From Gouania willdenowi (taxonomy: Eukaryota): 64,000 bases of DNA. Numbering within the stretch: position 1 is the stretch's first letter; each line of letters begins with the position of its first letter. The stretch lies in contig NC_041060.1 in NCBI RefSeq assembly GCF_900634775.1, positions 14,597,051 to 14,661,050 of the forward strand, read 5' to 3'. Of the stretch, positions 13,504 to 28,300 are shown piece after piece. The notes beneath the pieces are model-generated. The model saw only the letters and a list, made by a program, of their open reading frames with translations, had not been told where the DNA came from and made no database searches. A program made the translations under genes and the position numbers.

Positions 13504-16500
13504 ATCATATGCTAACATTAACCCCGAATGACACGTTCACACCAAATGCGCCGAAAGCGTCAGGTTTTGCATACACAATATATGGTAATCGCACTTTGAG
13601 GAGCGTCGAGAGGTCCCACTGCGCGTTTTGAAGATTTACATGCGGCGGACACTGCATGTTTTGAGATTTCAAGCTTTTGAGAGTTAGGATGGTTGAACTT
13701 TTGGAGCATATCGCCGCGCGTCGACCAATCGGGAGCTTTCCCCAACCGTGACATATTCAGAATAATGGAAACAAAACACTAACCGGAGACTGATTGACAG
13801 GCGCTCTTCTGCTGGAATAGAGCGCCTGTAGTTGGTGTCCTGGTAGGGGATGCGAGCACCGATGCGGGTCAGCTGGTCGTCAAACTGGGCATGGAAGAGA
13901 AGGAAGTAGCATTGAAAGTGACTCTTGTCCGAGCGCAGCTCTGGTGAATCCAGAAATGGCACCGAGGCGCGAATAAAGCCAAGCCACTCTCTTGATAATG
14001 TAGAGCCGATGAACGGGAGTCGGAGGCGGTGTGTTCAGCAAGGAACTGCAAACTCTCTTCTCCATTCAACCATACTTCTCTATAGCCCTCTAACATCACA
14101 GTGCACACACTGAGTCACACCAGAATACATCCGACCGGAAACACCGCCTTCTCAAAATAATAATGTTCCCCACCACTTCACTGTCACTGGGTGAATTATG
14201 AACTTAACTGATTGCCACAATATCATCTACTGTATGAACACCACCAGCAACAGAGAAGCCCCTCCCCTAAACGCACTCTCTTCCCAACTTGTTTGGACGC
14301 GCGTCCAGAGTGTCTTCAACGCTGGTGACAAGCGTCTGATTCAATGAGCACAAGCGTCCAACTAGGGGCGTGACGCACAATTTTGATGCCCGAAACGCGT
14401 TTTGTGTGAACGTACCATAACTCTTCTAACCCTTACCACCTGTATGGGTATGAAGATTCACTGATGGGTAGTGAGAAAACTTGATCTGGAACACAATAAC
14501 ATATATGACTGTTTTGCATTTCATCAAACTATAATTGACAATTTTTATAGAATTTCCATAATTACTGTTACAAAGTCAATTATCTTAACTCAATTACAAT
14601 TCAAATATGATAACAGATTTTTTTCAATTACAATTTCCATTATAATTATGCCATAATTGTAATTAATTATAATTGACCTCAACCCTGGCTGATAGTATAA
14701 TGTGATGCTTACTATTGTGCAGTTCAGGCCAGTTATAACTTCAAACCTCCCACCCCAGTTCCCAGCCCTGTTTCCAACTTTTATTTTAAACCCTCATCCA
14801 GCACCAGAATGTAAAGATGCCTCTCTTTTCCTGAAAGATAGGTGCATTTGTTTTCTGCTGGCTGTTTTTTGTACCTTGTTGAGTTAATAGTGGACGTCAG
14901 CAGGATTATGATGTGACTGGTGACACTAGCTATTCTAGCATTTTGTTTCAAGATGGTGATTTTTCTCTCAAAAATATAGTCTTTCATGTCAGTTATGTGT
15001 CATTAGTTAAGTGTCATTCTAAAGATTTTAATAAAAAAGAAACATGTTCAACGTTGATAACCGTATATTGAACTATGAGACTTTGTTTTGACAGATGACA
15101 AAATAAACTCTTGAGATTCTTTGCATTAGGTTCAGATCTTCTGCTCAGGAAATGTCATTTGTTTACTGCAAAACAACACTGTCAACGTAACACCCTGGAC
15201 TGTTCTGTTGCATTTTAAATTAATCGCTTGCCGTTTCCTGTAAAAAAAGGTTTAATTAGCTGTCAGAAATAGAAACGAGGGGTTATTTTTAAAAGGCACA
15301 CCCAACACATCCTGGATAGCACCCAACTGTTCAACATTGACTTTTGCTTTATGACTACACTCGTGGTGTCCTGTTGATTACAGAATGTAGCATGCATGCA
15401 TTCTAAGTCCTCGACACTTACCCGTACTGTCTACAGCTCTGGCGGTTAAAGCTTCACGTTTCTTTTGCATGTCCTCACTCATTTCCCCTGCATTTCCCCT
15501 TCCTCTTTAGCCTCTATATACTTGGCATCAGAGAAATGATGTAGTCCATTTACCACGGCTTATTAGCAAATGCATGCTAGAGCACCATGCATGCCTGGCT
15601 GTGATGAGAGCATCTGAGCTCCAGTGTTGCAGTCTTTCCATCTGCTTTGGTGCATTGTCCCTAGAGGCTCGAGTCTTCCCATACAGCTGCTGCTGCTGCT
15701 GCTTCTTCTGTCCAACGGCAGCTAGTCTTTACTCTGACAGTTATTTGCAGCTCTGTATCCTCTCCCCCTCCCTGCTGTGACACCGCAAATCAGCACAACT
15801 GCAGGCTAACAGGCTGTAAATCTGAACGATGCAAAGCCGCTAAATCTTCCCGTTTAGGCTCTTCCTCCCATTTGTGTTTTCTTCTTGGTGCCTGTTGTGC
15901 CCACTGGCATGTATGGCAGCAACATTTTGGTCCTGAAGCTTATTTCCTCTTGCTCTTCCCTTGAATCATATTCTGAAATACATACTTCCCTCCCCTCCGC
16001 CTTGCATCCACACCTCTTTCATTTCCTGTTGCTGTTTTCCTCCATTTACCATCCTCATTCAGCGGCCTGTCACGTACTGTTTTGTCGTCTTTCGCGTTGT
16101 CTGAGCAGGCTGGAGGGGTGGGGGGAATGTGAGCTGCTGGGGAGGAGGAAGATGAGTGAGACAGACACCGCTCTGAGTGGTTTGTTCGTTATAAAGGCTG
16201 ATCCAGACTTGGTGGAATTTACTCTCTCCCAACACGTCACGCAGCCTCTGCTGCTGTTGCTGCCTGATCTGTAAAGGGGGAGGGGGGTCGGGATACTGAC
16301 CTATTTGTATTCACACCCACTCTCCAGAAAGAGAAATGAAGCATTATCTCAATTTGACATGCTGCGAGGTAAAAGTGACTGAAGAGTGGGGCTTTGTGAT
16401 CTGATTTAACGATGGCCGATGGCAGCAAAAAAGGGTCTTAAATTTGCATTGATGGACCCAGTAGGACACGCACTCTGCCAATTTAATGAGTTTTGTGCCA

Positions 16501-17045
16501 GACTATCTAATCATCATAATTGGAATGTGGATAATGAAGGCAATGTTTTTCACCAGGCCCATTTATTAATCATGGTTCACAATACATTTGCTTTTTTTCA
16601 GATATAAAATAGTTTAATTTTACTTTGAGCAACAAATTTTCCTTGAAATGTTGTACATTTGGTCAACAGACAACTGTGTAAGACAGGAGGCAAGATTTAA
16701 CAGAAAATGTTTTTTCTGTGATCCTCCCATAAAAATATAAAAATGTCAGATATTACTTTATTAAACATTACTTTCTTTAATCCTAAATCACACTCAAGAC
16801 CTGCAAGCCAAATTGGTCCGTTGTAGCATCCAGTTCAATCTGCAGGACTGTTTTACTTAAGTTAAACATTTTAGGGAAAACATTAATCATGAAGTAAAAC
16901 ACCATATAGTTTAGTTCCAGTTATATGTAAGTGAAGGATTTAACAACTAAGAAAATGATAAATACTGGTATTTTATGCACATTCTTTACATGTTCAAGTG
17001 TTGGATCAAGATTTTTTAAATTCCACTTTATTTCCCTTAAATTCC

Positions 17046-17048
<3 letters not shown>

Positions 17049-17081
<33 letters not shown>

Positions 17082-17082
17082 T
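17049..17082. repeat. Poly(T) about 34 nt homopolymer tract
   Basis: Direct reading. Confidence 0.9.
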
Positions 17083-18598
17083 GTTTGGCAGTTCAACTAA
17101 AATTAATGACAAACAATCATAACCCATATTGGCTGAAGATTTCATTTTCTCGAGTTGAATATTTGTTTTGGTGTTTTGTGTGGTGTTTTGTTGCCCTTAG
17201 GTTTTCTTAGTCTGTGGGGAAAAAAAACATTGTGCATTTCATTCTTGTTTTTTAATGGAAAACCATCTTCCTTTTTCTAAATTCTCTAAACATTGATCGA
17301 TTTTGTTCATGTTTTTGCTCTAATACACATTTACATTGAATTTGCTGCTTGGGGTAGGAATTCTAAATAGTCTATACTACCTTGTTCAATGCATTCTGAC
17401 ATTTGAGTATTGCACCAATGTGTTTAGTCTGATGTCAAAGTAGTGATGCATCTAAAATTCTGCCACTGAAAATGTTAAGTTAAGTTTATCTGAGCACTAA
17501 ACCATCTTCTTAGCAGAAGTTGAGACGGAGCTATGAGCGGAAAAAATGAAAAGTTCCTTTTCAAGTGAGATTGAGATGTTTGTTTCTGCATCATATTGAC
17601 ACCATTGCTTTGCACAGTTGATATCTGACGCGCGCATCCAGAAAATTGTTTTAGTAGCATGAATTTGGTCTTAGAGTCTGTCAGCGCACATTTGACAAAG
17701 ATCCTCTGCACTTCATTATGACTGTATGTGATCCACATTATAAAGATCATTACTTGGATTTGAGATTATAGCAACGCATACAAGAAATGTTGCACGCCGC
17801 AATGGATGCACACAGATAAGCTTTAACCCTATAAGAGCAGGAAACGGACAGCAAAGCTGACAGTGAGAGATTGTCTGGAAATTAACGGTTAAACTATGGC
17901 AACAAAGTTGACTAACCCTTTTCAGGAAGCATTATTGGCTCACACAGGAAACGTTGTGGGTGTCCTTTTACAGAAGTAAGCAAAACGCAAAATGTTTTGG
18001 CGTTTTTGTTTGTTTTGTGGTTTTCTGCAGCTGTTTATGTGTAGCAGACTGTGCTATACATCGACTTTATCCTGCTGGTAGTGAGAGGAGAGCAGCAAAA
18101 TTAAAGTTTGTTTTTATCATGAGGTCGAGTTTTCCCCTCTGTTCTGGCTTCTGCTTTCTTGTGGGAAGTTTGTGGGTCTTTTGACATTCTGGCTGCCGGC
18201 CATGAAATTACTGCTGTATTTAACATAGTGTATTTATATAGTCTTCATTTGTTTAGATTTTTACGTTGGGGTTTTTACAAAACGTGGCCTTTATTCTAAA
18301 TGTGGGGTGGAGGCCACGCAGAGGACAGTGAACATTTAAACAAAAAACAAAAATGAGGAAGTGCTGAGAGAATAGTTATTGAAACTAAAAAAGTGTGAGA
18401 ATTTGAAATCCAGACTGAAACGTAGTGTGTAAAAACAAGACCTATACATATCTATACATGTATACATGTACATGTACATCTATACCTATACAACATCAAA
18501 AGACCAGCTTGGGTGCAGCAAAATAGATGTAACAGTATGTGTAAATAGATATTATAATCTGGTCTATACTTTATGGTTGATTGATGTGTACCTTTTAG

Positions 18599-18656
18599 GA
18601 AGGAGCGTCCGCTCGGAAGGCCCAGACCCCAGCACTCCAGCCTGTCCCCCGTCCAG
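18599..18656 (+). CDS. cdc73: CDC73 exon 11 (EGASARKAQTPALQPVPRP)
   Basis: Acceptor ccttttag, donor gtatgt. Confidence 0.85.
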
Positions 18657-18743
18657 GTATGTGCCAATTTGTAATTAATGTATGTTTTATTATACTTTAT
18701 TACTGATTCATTGCACTTACAACTTCATGCCAGTGCTTTAAAG

Positions 18744-19026
18744 CAGTGATTCTCAACTGGTGGGTCGGGACCCAAGAGTGGGTCGCGAACAGCTGATCAA
18801 AAATAAATAAATACTAAGTCTCTTGTGTTGGACTTTTTTATTTTGAAAGAAACTCTTCTTTTGACAGACATGCTGTGAAGTGCATGTTCACAAAATATAA
18901 AGATTTATGTTTAAAAAAAAAAAGAGAATGTGTGTTTTCAACAGCGAGTTTTGAAAAATGTGGGTCGCGATTTAATGACCGTGGAAAACTGTGGGTCCCA
19001 GGGTGAGACCAGTTGAGAACCCCTGC
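18744..19026. mobile_element. MITE (about 285 bp) with TIRs cagtgattctcaactggt ... accagttgagaacccctg; a related truncated copy lies at 63665..63903
   Basis: Perfect about 18-bp terminal inverted repeat; internal gggtcgcgatttaatgacc motif shared with the copy at the window end. Confidence 0.65.
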
Positions 19027-19560
19027 TTTAAAGCATACCAGTGACAGCATGAACAGCTAATGTGTTTCTTGCAGTCGGCAAGCTTTGGTGTAAAACTTTG
19101 GAGGCAGACCGTAGCACCTCAGAATCAGAGTGAAATGGAAATGCTATAAGTTGTACAATGACTGGTCCAGGGTGGAAAGGGTGCAGTCCAAAGCTTTAGT
19201 TATTACACAGTTATCTGATGGAGAGCGTTGGAAACAATAGAAATAATGAACCTTTGATATCTCATAGTATATTTTTCTACTCATCCATTACATTATAATT
19301 ATTGTACATTATGTGTTTCTATAAAAACATTTTGAAGGGGTCCTGCTTTAAAAAAAAATTGCCTTGTCTGAATTCAATTTGTAATGTACACATTTCTTTA
19401 TGCAATTTTCTGACTTTTTCTTTGGATAAACTTACATAAGAGATTAAAAATCTGAATCCTATTTCCCATTCTAGACACAGGTACACATCTTGTCTTTTTA
19501 TGTCGATCAAAATCTGTGTTTGGATTGATTGAAAATGATTATTTTATTTTTCTCCAATAG

Positions 19561-19596
19561 TATCTCAGGCCAGGCCTCCACCAAACCAGAAGAAAG
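19561..19596 (+). CDS. cdc73: CDC73 exon 12 (VSQARPPPNQKK)
   Basis: Acceptor tctccaatag, donor gtattt; phases are consistent with the neighbouring exons. Confidence 0.8.
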
Positions 19597-19663
19597 GTAT
19601 TTTTATTCCATGTATTACTGTTGTTTAATGGACTAAAGATGATGAAATGTGGTTTAATTTTGA

Positions 19664-19765
<102 letters not shown>

Positions 19766-21094
19766 TAGGTCCAGTACACACCATTCAATATTTACTTTTT
19801 ACCTAATCATATACTTATGTATTATATAATATAATTGTATAATGTAAAAAAAACATTATTTAAAACCAAACAGAATTTTCAATGTAGTTATAATCATTTT
19901 TTTTCTTCTTTTATCCGCCTCTCAAAATTGATCAAGTTTCCAAAATATGAAAGATGATTTAAGAAAAGGTTTTTGTTTTTTGTTTGATTTGTTTTTGAGA
20001 CACTTTGATAAGAATTACTCCATTTTGTTAAATGCACTTTTTTATTTGAAAAAAAAAATGTTGTTAAATTGATTCCTATGAAAAACACCTGTTAGAACGA
20101 CTGCAGATTGTTAATTGCACTTTTTACTTTCTTTGTGTTTGATTCATATTCAAGACACTTTAAAATGACTGTATGTTGTTAGACTACAAAGTTTAATTTT
20201 TGTAACATTTTTCCACTGGTGAAGTGCCTTGGGATTTTTTTTTTTTTTTTATTCAATTAAACGATGTACCTTGGCTTCAAAAAGGTTAAAACACTGTTCT
20301 GGAAGATCTTGAGTATCACTGAAGACAATTATGTAAATGTTTGTGTGTGATAATATGACAGAGGCCCTAAAATATCCTTATCTATTAGAGAATGACAGAG
20401 CTGCTAGTTTTGGCTCAAGCATTAGTCGATGGTCAGTGATGGTGTATAATCCACATCAGAAACTCCGACTCACTGACCACCTACTGTACAAATAACTGCT
20501 CAAAACTCACCTGTTTCAGCTCGCCTACAACCTACAAGAGCACTCCCATTCTTTGTTCGTCTGTTTCAAATTTTGTAAAGCGTCTTGAGTTTTTTTTGTT
20601 TTTGTTTTGAGAAGTGCTATATTAAAGTTATGTATTATTATTGTAATGCTAAAGCCTGGTTTATGCTTGATGGACGTGGGATGTCGTGAGTTGAGCGCGC
20701 CAAACATAAGCAGTGGCAAATGCGCCGAGTATAAACACCAATACGCTTTTGTGGAGTGCGCACGCGGTCTGTCAATGGAACCAGGGAAAGTATAACCAGC
20801 CCTTCACACAGGACATGTCTACAGGAGATGGACCTAAAACATCAGGATCTCTCATTAGTATTTTAAAGTGTCCACTGTCTGCTCGTCTGACAAACTGCCA
20901 TAATTTCTTTTAAACCGCAGTAACGCAGTGTGACACCCTGTGTAATTGGCCCATCATTTAAACTTGATCATAACATCTCTGGCAAAGTATGTCATCCTGC
21001 AGAGAAAGTTCATATAAAGTATTTTTGTAAGAAGGGACATTTCACTGGAGAGATTTAATTATGGATGAGGAGGTTCAATCTCTGTGTGTTTCAG

Positions 21095-21256
21095 GTTCTT
21101 CACATCGGAGGACAAGAAAAAACAAGGCATCCCCCGCGACAACGAGGTTTTACTCCAAAGACGCAAAGACCAGATCCAGCCTGGAGGATCGTCTGTGAGC
21201 GTTACCGTGCCGTACCGCGTCATCGACCAGCCGCTCAAACTCGCACCCCAGGACTG
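21095..21256 (+). CDS. cdc73: CDC73 exon 14 ([54 protein letters not shown])
   Basis: Acceptor gtgtttcag, donor gtgagt. Confidence 0.9.
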
Positions 21257-21688
21257 GTGAGTGTTTCCTGGGTGGGTTTATGGGATGTTTTCACCACTTA
21301 CCATAAAATCAGGAAATTCGGGAACTTTGACCATCGTTACATTACCTCACTGTTTCTTATAATCCTTTTTATTTTAATAAAAAATCTGCACATTCCTGAA
21401 TCAGTTTTGTCTGCCCTTAGGTCATTTATAATAAGGCTTCTCAACCTGTGATTAAGACCCTAAAGCTAGAAGTGGGTTGCAAACTTGTATTTGGTGGGTG
21501 GTTGCATGCAAAAAAGGTGCTTGCTTTTTAATACCTACATGAAGGGACGAGGCACGTTTTGCTAATTGAAAGTTAAACCTTCTTTATCTCAGGTACAAAG
21601 GCACAGTGTACTTAATTTAAAGATTATTGGATTTGGGTTCTGACTTGTAGTTGTTTTGAGTCCTGAAGTCAGACCAGTTTAGAGCTAA

Positions 21689-21838
<150 letters not shown>

Positions 21839-22881
21839 TGAGCAATCCACTGTATCATGGATCGTGCCCATCACAGTAAAATCAGGTGGTGCATGAGCAT
21901 GATATGGTCATTACTATCACAGTTATATTTGAGCATCGTAAAATATATGAAAATATTTAGGTAAGCCACAAAAATTACAATTACGTTTTCAATTATCCAT
22001 GGTCAGATACAATTATTCAATTATGATGATGAGAACCAGCATTTTTTTCAAATACAAATATTATTTTCCCCTGAAAGTCAATTACAATTAAGTTCTCAAT
22101 TACTAAAGTGAAATTACGATTTTAATGACTTTTATTCATATAGCGTTGTGATAATTGTATGCAGTTTTTTGTGTGCACGGTGTCGTTTTAGCATCTTTAC
22201 CTTTACATTTGAGTGCATTTGTTATAATATATTATGTAAAATCCCAACTAGGGGCAAGAGTTGGAATTAAGCAATAACTATATACTCTTTGTACATAACA
22301 TCAGTTGGCTACAGTATTGTTAATCTGTAAAATTGCATCGTCCCTATTCAAAAGCTTAATATGAAACACATTTTAATGTTAAACTACTTATGTGTAAGCC
22401 ATAGACCTGTTTTGTGTTTAATTAAATTGTATTTGAAAGCTTTTATTGAATTTCCATGGTAACCATAATTACAAAGTCAATTAATTGAACTCGATTCCAA
22501 TTCAATTACGACGACAGATGTTTTAAGTTACAAGTATGATTATATTTATGCCATAATTGACTGGAAACACACACACAGAGGTTACTAAAGAAAGTTCAGG
22601 TTTATTTAACTAATAACTCTTTAAATTTGGTTGAACAAGACTAAAGCAAAAATAATTCTTAGTATTTAGAATAAGAGTAAAACTTACATAATATAAGTTT
22701 ATACTGTTCACACAGGCTCTAACCAACCTAATCCAACACTAGGACCATACCTCACGACACACCTGGGTATATCACTGAAGTTCTGATAACTGTGATAATT
22801 ACAATTTATTAAAAATGAATGGAAACATATCTAAGAATCTTCAGCTGTGTAAATGATAACGTTGATTGTTCCATCCTGCAG

Positions 22882-23023
22882 TTCGAGCCTTTCATCTGAA
22901 GTACGACGAAGCAAAGACAGACCCCAACGTGCAGAAGTGGGATGTGACCGTCCTGGAGCTGAGCCGCCACAGACGCCATCTGGACCGACCCATTTTTCTC
23001 CGATTCTGGGAAACCTTGGACAG
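22882..23023 (+). CDS. cdc73: CDC73 exon 16 ([47 protein letters not shown])
   Basis: Acceptor atcctgcag, donor gtgcct. Confidence 0.9.
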
Positions 23024-23837
23024 GTGCCTCCAGCCAGTCTTCATTGTTTCATCTATGCACGTAGATTTTATCTGAATGTTAACCAGGGCTGCGGTCAATT
23101 ATAATTATAATTGTGCAGTTGATAATTAATTACAATTATGATGTAATTGAAAAAAACTCTTGCTGTTGTAATCATAATAGAATTGTTGTTGAGTTCAGAT
23201 AATTGACTTTGTAATTGGCGTGGGAATTCTATTAAAAACTGTCAATTACAATGTAATCAAACGTAAACCTGGGGATTCATGTTATAATTTTATGGCTTGC
23301 ACATACGTAGTTAATAATTATTGAAATATTTTTCAGTTTACTTGTCATTTTGCCATTAAAAAATTATTCATGGTGTATACTGACAGAAAAAAAACTCAGA
23401 CGCCCACACCAAAAATATTATTACTAATATTTTCATTGATTAGGAAGCCTAACAAAGTAACCAAGAGATGAGAAACAAATTGCATGATAGATAATATTTT
23501 TTGTGTATTTTACAGCTGATTTAAGACATGGGTCAAAACTGACCCATTTTCATCAGAGATGCTAACAGAAAGCTAACACAAGAGGAAGGATGAATTTTAT
23601 GGAGTTATTTATTCAAGGCTCAGTAATAGTGGTTCATTGTAATTGAGAATGTAATTGTAATTGACTTTCAGAGGGAAAGTAATAATTGCAATTTTAATTG
23701 TAATTGAGGAAAAAAAATGCTGGAAATTGAGTTGTAATTTAACATTGATAATTGAAGATGTGATTATAAAAATTGCACTTGGCCCAAACCCTGATGTTAC
23801 CATTGCTGACCTTTGTTTCCCTCTCTTTGTTTTTCAG

Positions 23838-23874
23838 ATACATGGTCAAACACAAGTCTCATCTCAGGTTCTGA
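23838..23874 (+). CDS. cdc73: CDC73 exon 17, terminal coding part (RYMVKHKSHLRF, stop TGA); the 3'UTR continues downstream
   Basis: Acceptor gtttttcag; the conserved C-terminus ...KHKSHLRF is followed by a stop. Confidence 0.9.
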
Positions 23875-24288
23875 GTCCAGATTACAGCATTAACCACCAG
23901 AAATCCCACAAAGCGTTTGTTGAGGCTTTTTTCGGACTCTGCTGGAGTTACCTCTGCCATCCGAGCTTCCAACGACATGATTCCCATTTCTAGCAGCAGA
24001 GGTAGAACACACGGACCTCCCTGAGTGCACTCTGCTGGATCTGTTGCTGTGAATACTGCAAAGAGGACTTAGGGGATTTTTTTTTTTTTTTTATGTTTTC
24101 ATATATGTTAACAGAAAAACCAAAATATGGTTTTATATCATGATCCCAGCAGGATACAAAGAAAACTATTATGGTAAATCCAGCCACACATTTAGATTAA
24201 GGAGAGACTTGAGGTAGTTTGTGTAATGTGCTGAGCAACTTCATTTCTAGTTTTGTTTTGGGTGCCTGTGATCTGAATGTACATAGAC

Positions 24289-24294
24289 AATAAA
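24289..24294 (+). terminator. cdc73: Candidate CDC73 polyadenylation signal AATAAA (a second AATAAA lies near 24485)
   Basis: AATAAA hexamer about 415 nt after the stop codon; which one is used cannot be told from sequence. Confidence 0.3.
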
Positions 24295-25386
24295 ACCTGT
24301 GAGTTAGAGGTGCAAAAAACTCCTGCACTTGATGAAAAGTTCCTTTTGAAGCTAGTTCAGTTCAACAGGTCAGCACATCTTGGTCATGCAATGGCCTAAT
24401 GACTTTTTATTTTCCTCTTCGTTGATGTTGTGCTAGACGAGAAATGGTGGAGAAATTATTGTTTTGTCATCACACAAATTGACAATAAATCATCTGATAT
24501 AAAAACACCTTGATATTGGTTTTTAGGTTGTTGTTTTTTTATATCACAATAAGTATTTAAAAGCTGAGTGAAGGAAAATCATTTCATTTGGTTTTGCTTT
24601 AGATTTCTAATCTGCACATTACAGAACAAATAGAGTAAAGAATACTATAATGAATAAAAATAGAAAAACACCAGTAATATATACTGTATATAATATATAT
24701 ACAATGATGGTATAATAGAGTTCAGTAGTCTGACAGCTTCAAGAGAAAAGCTGTTCCTCACTCTGGTGGTCCTGCTTTTTATGCTCCGTAGCCAGAAGGC
24801 CCTTTTCCTTCATCTAGTGGAGTAAATGTCCATGGGGTGGCATAGAAATAAAAAACTCATTTACAATTTAATTTAACCTGTACAGTTCTATGACTTACAC
24901 ATTATTAAAATATGTCAACTTTTCTTACCACTTGTCAGTTCATTCGAGGATAAATTAAAATCGAGTACTGACGCAAAAAAGAAAGCCTTACAAGGAACCA
25001 AAGAGATGGAGAACATAGATCATATTTTTGTGTATTATACAGCTGATTTAAAACGAGTTGAAACCAAGCTTGTGTTAGCATAATAAATGCTAACACAAGA
25101 GGAAGGTTTAGTTAGATTAAAGGCTTGGTAATTGTAAATGAGAATGTAATTGTAATCGACTTTCAGAGCAAAATAATTGCAATTGTAATTGGGGAAAAAA
25201 TGCTGGTCACTAGTCGTGATTGAGTTGTGATTGAAAAAGGGTACAAATAAGACATAATTGTAAAGGAAAAATGTAATTGATCCCACTCTTCATCACAATT
25301 CATCCAGGACCATAAACACTTGTTCACTGACACACTTTCCAGTATTGTAGCAGTTGTGGCTAAAACTTTAGGTTATGTATTTAACC

Positions 25387-28300
25387 GGTTCTATGAGTGA
25401 GATGTCTCACTATGGGATGCAACCTCTGTCTGCATTCCTCAGAAGCATTTATTTCAATATGCAAATCCTGATTGGTCGGTGAGCGTGTCCGTCCGCATGG
25501 GGGTCACCCACCTCCTTTAAAAGGAGGACACGGACAGACGAGCACAATTCAAAATAAGCACCCCTTCTAGTCGTTTGAGCAAAAGTGAGGGGCGAGGTCC
25601 AACTCGCTGCTGCACAGATGTCCTGAACACAGCCCAGGATGTGGCAAGACCCCGAGTCGAGTGTTCATGCAGACCCTGACACCAGTAAGCCCAAACAATA
25701 GCATCCACAACCCAGTGTGACAGGCGTTGCTTAGTAACAGGCCTCCCCTTGCGGGGATTGGCCAAGGAGACGAACAGCTGATCGCTCTTCCTGAGGCTCC
25801 TCGTCATATCCATATAAGTGCAGATTGCACGAACTGAACATAACACATTCGGCCGCTGCTCACCCTGTGAGGCAGAAAAGGTCAGTGGGAGAACACAAGC
25901 CCACAACTGTCGGCACAAATGCCAGGTTGGGTCTCGGGATGATCCTTGCATCACCTGGGAAAATCTGAGTGCACGACGGATGAACCGAGAGCGCGTGGAT
26001 GTCACTGACCCTCTTGCCCGAAGCCAGAGCCAGTAACAAGACAGTTTTAAGAGAGGCATACTATAGGCCCGCCTCCTCCAGTGGTTCGAAAGGAGGACAT
26101 TTAAGTCCCTCCAAAACCACCAAGGTGGCACCAGTGGTTTGGACACGAGGAGGAGCCTACGTGCTCCCTTCATAAAACGGCAGATCAGCGGGTGCTGACT
26201 GGCCGACTTATCCCCAAAGCCACTTTCACAGTAGAAAAGACTTTGGTTTTGTCAATCAGGTCCTGCAGAAATTACAAAATCACTACCACCGGGCACTGAA
26301 AAGGGATGCGGTTCCTCTAGAGGCACCACCCCTCAAATAGCCTCCACCTAGATTCATAAAGAGACCTAGTGGATGGGGCTCGAGCACTCTGTATGGTGGA
26401 AATCACACTGATAATCCCACAGCTGATAGATTGAGCCACTCAGGGGCCAAGCCCACAGCGCCAGATGGTCTGGACGCAGGTGGAAAACTGTGCCCCTCCC
26501 CTGTGACAGCAAGTCCCTGTGCAGCGGGAGCTGCCAGGTACTTGCACACAGCAGCTGATAAATCTCTGCCAGCCAATGCATGGCCAGTTACAGTGGAGCC
26601 GCTAGGATCAGCGTGTGACCGCATTCCCTCACCCTGGACAGTGGTGGAGATAATCAGACCCAACAGGAGGAACGCTTAAAGAAGCACGCACGGCCAAACG
26701 TGCGCTAGTGTTTCTACGCCGAGGAGAGACTCCTTGCTGCGCAGGGAGAACATTGCGCACTGCACGTTGTCTTGCCCTACAAACCGGTCCATCTCGGCCC
26801 GTCCGTAACTGGCCTAAAGCTGCCGCACCACCTCTGAGTGCAGCATCCATTCCCTGTAAAGCAGCGCGCCCCTGAATAGAAGACGCCCAACACTCAACAG
26901 GATCAGTGACAGCAACCCACGTGAGCGCAACCCGCCCTGACGGTTGATGCATGCCATCGCCATGGTATTGTCCGTCCTCACCAGGACATGATGTCCCCTG
27001 AGAGATGGAAGGAAGTGGAGCAGCGAGAGGAACATCGCTGACAGTAATTTAAAGTAATTTATGTGAGCATGTTGGAGGGTCCCAGCGACCCCTCACAGCC
27101 TCGCCCCATGTGTCCCACCCCGGCCCATCAGGCTGGCATCCATAGAGACCACCTGCCTGGACGTAACAATGCCCATAGGCACCCTGTCAGTCAGGAAGGA
27201 TGGTCGAAGCCATCAACCTGAGTAAACAAAGGCACAATCTGAACTGAACAGATTTGCCCGTTCAAAACAATTTGAGACACGCCCCTGAACGGCACTGAGC
27301 ACAGGGACAGACCCAGGAAAATAATTTCCTGTGTAGTGGACAACACGCTCTTTTCCGCATTCACCAAGAATCATAGATTTGACAGGTGATCCAGCAGAAT
27401 GCGCGTGTGCGCCCTGGCCTCCACCTCTGATTGTGCCAAAAGCAGCCACTCGTCCTGGTTCATAGCCAGGCGAATGCCCCGCCTCCTCAGCAGGGCGATT
27501 GCAGCATCTGTGCAGCGCGCAAACACCCTTGGGCTCAAAGAGAGGCCAAACAGCAGAACGCGGTACTCATAACACCCCCCCGGAAAGCAAATCATAGGTA
27601 CTTTCTCTGAGGAGGATATATTGGAACGTGGAAATACGCGTCTTTGAGGTCAATAGACGTGAACCAATTGCCCTGTCGCACCACAAGCAGTAGGGAGGAA
27701 TGCGTGAGCATCCTGAAGGTGTATATCCTGAGGCACTTGTTCAGGGCCCGTAGATCCAGGATGGGACGGATCCCTGACCCCCCTTGTTTGGGGACCAGAA
27801 AGTACCTGGAGTAGAACCCCCCCTGAGACCGAGCGGGGGGGACCACTGAGATCGCTCCTCTGCGCAACAGGGATGTGATCTCCTTCTGTACCAATAGTGA
27901 TTCACGCCGGCGAAACGGGGAGGGACAGATTCAAACTGCAGCCTGTAACCCTTCGATATAATCCGTAACACCCAAGGCGGAGCTGCCCGTCCGCAGCGCA
28001 GTGGAGCCCTCTGCCGGCGGCCGCCTGACCAACAACAGAGGAACCTCCTGCACAGCGTAGGCACCTCCAGCTAGTGAAACAGGGCAACAGCCCCCCTAGC
28101 GAGCACACGCTCACTCCAGGGGACAGGGTGATCACTGGGAAACTGTCATTCCCGACCGGGAGGGGGCCGGGGCCTCCCTACGAGTGGGAATAACGAGATC
28201 CGCCACCATTCTGCTTATTGTGGCAGACATTACTTTCAAATGATGTGTCTCTGGCCTTTGGCCTCGGGGCGTGAGCGATAAACACATTACTCTCTTTTGA

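Noticed and set aside
13560-14110. Minus-strand ORFs of 60-92 aa (e.g. 13684..13962)
   Set aside because: Overlapping short ORFs without motifs, adjacent to the MITE copy. Likely repeat-derived noise.
15885-16274. 129-aa ORF in the GC/CT-rich block of CDC73 intron 10
   Set aside because: Low-complexity composition (runs of L/S/P), no recognisable domain, no splice context. More likely regulatory/UTR sequence for the antisense B3GALT2 than a CDS.
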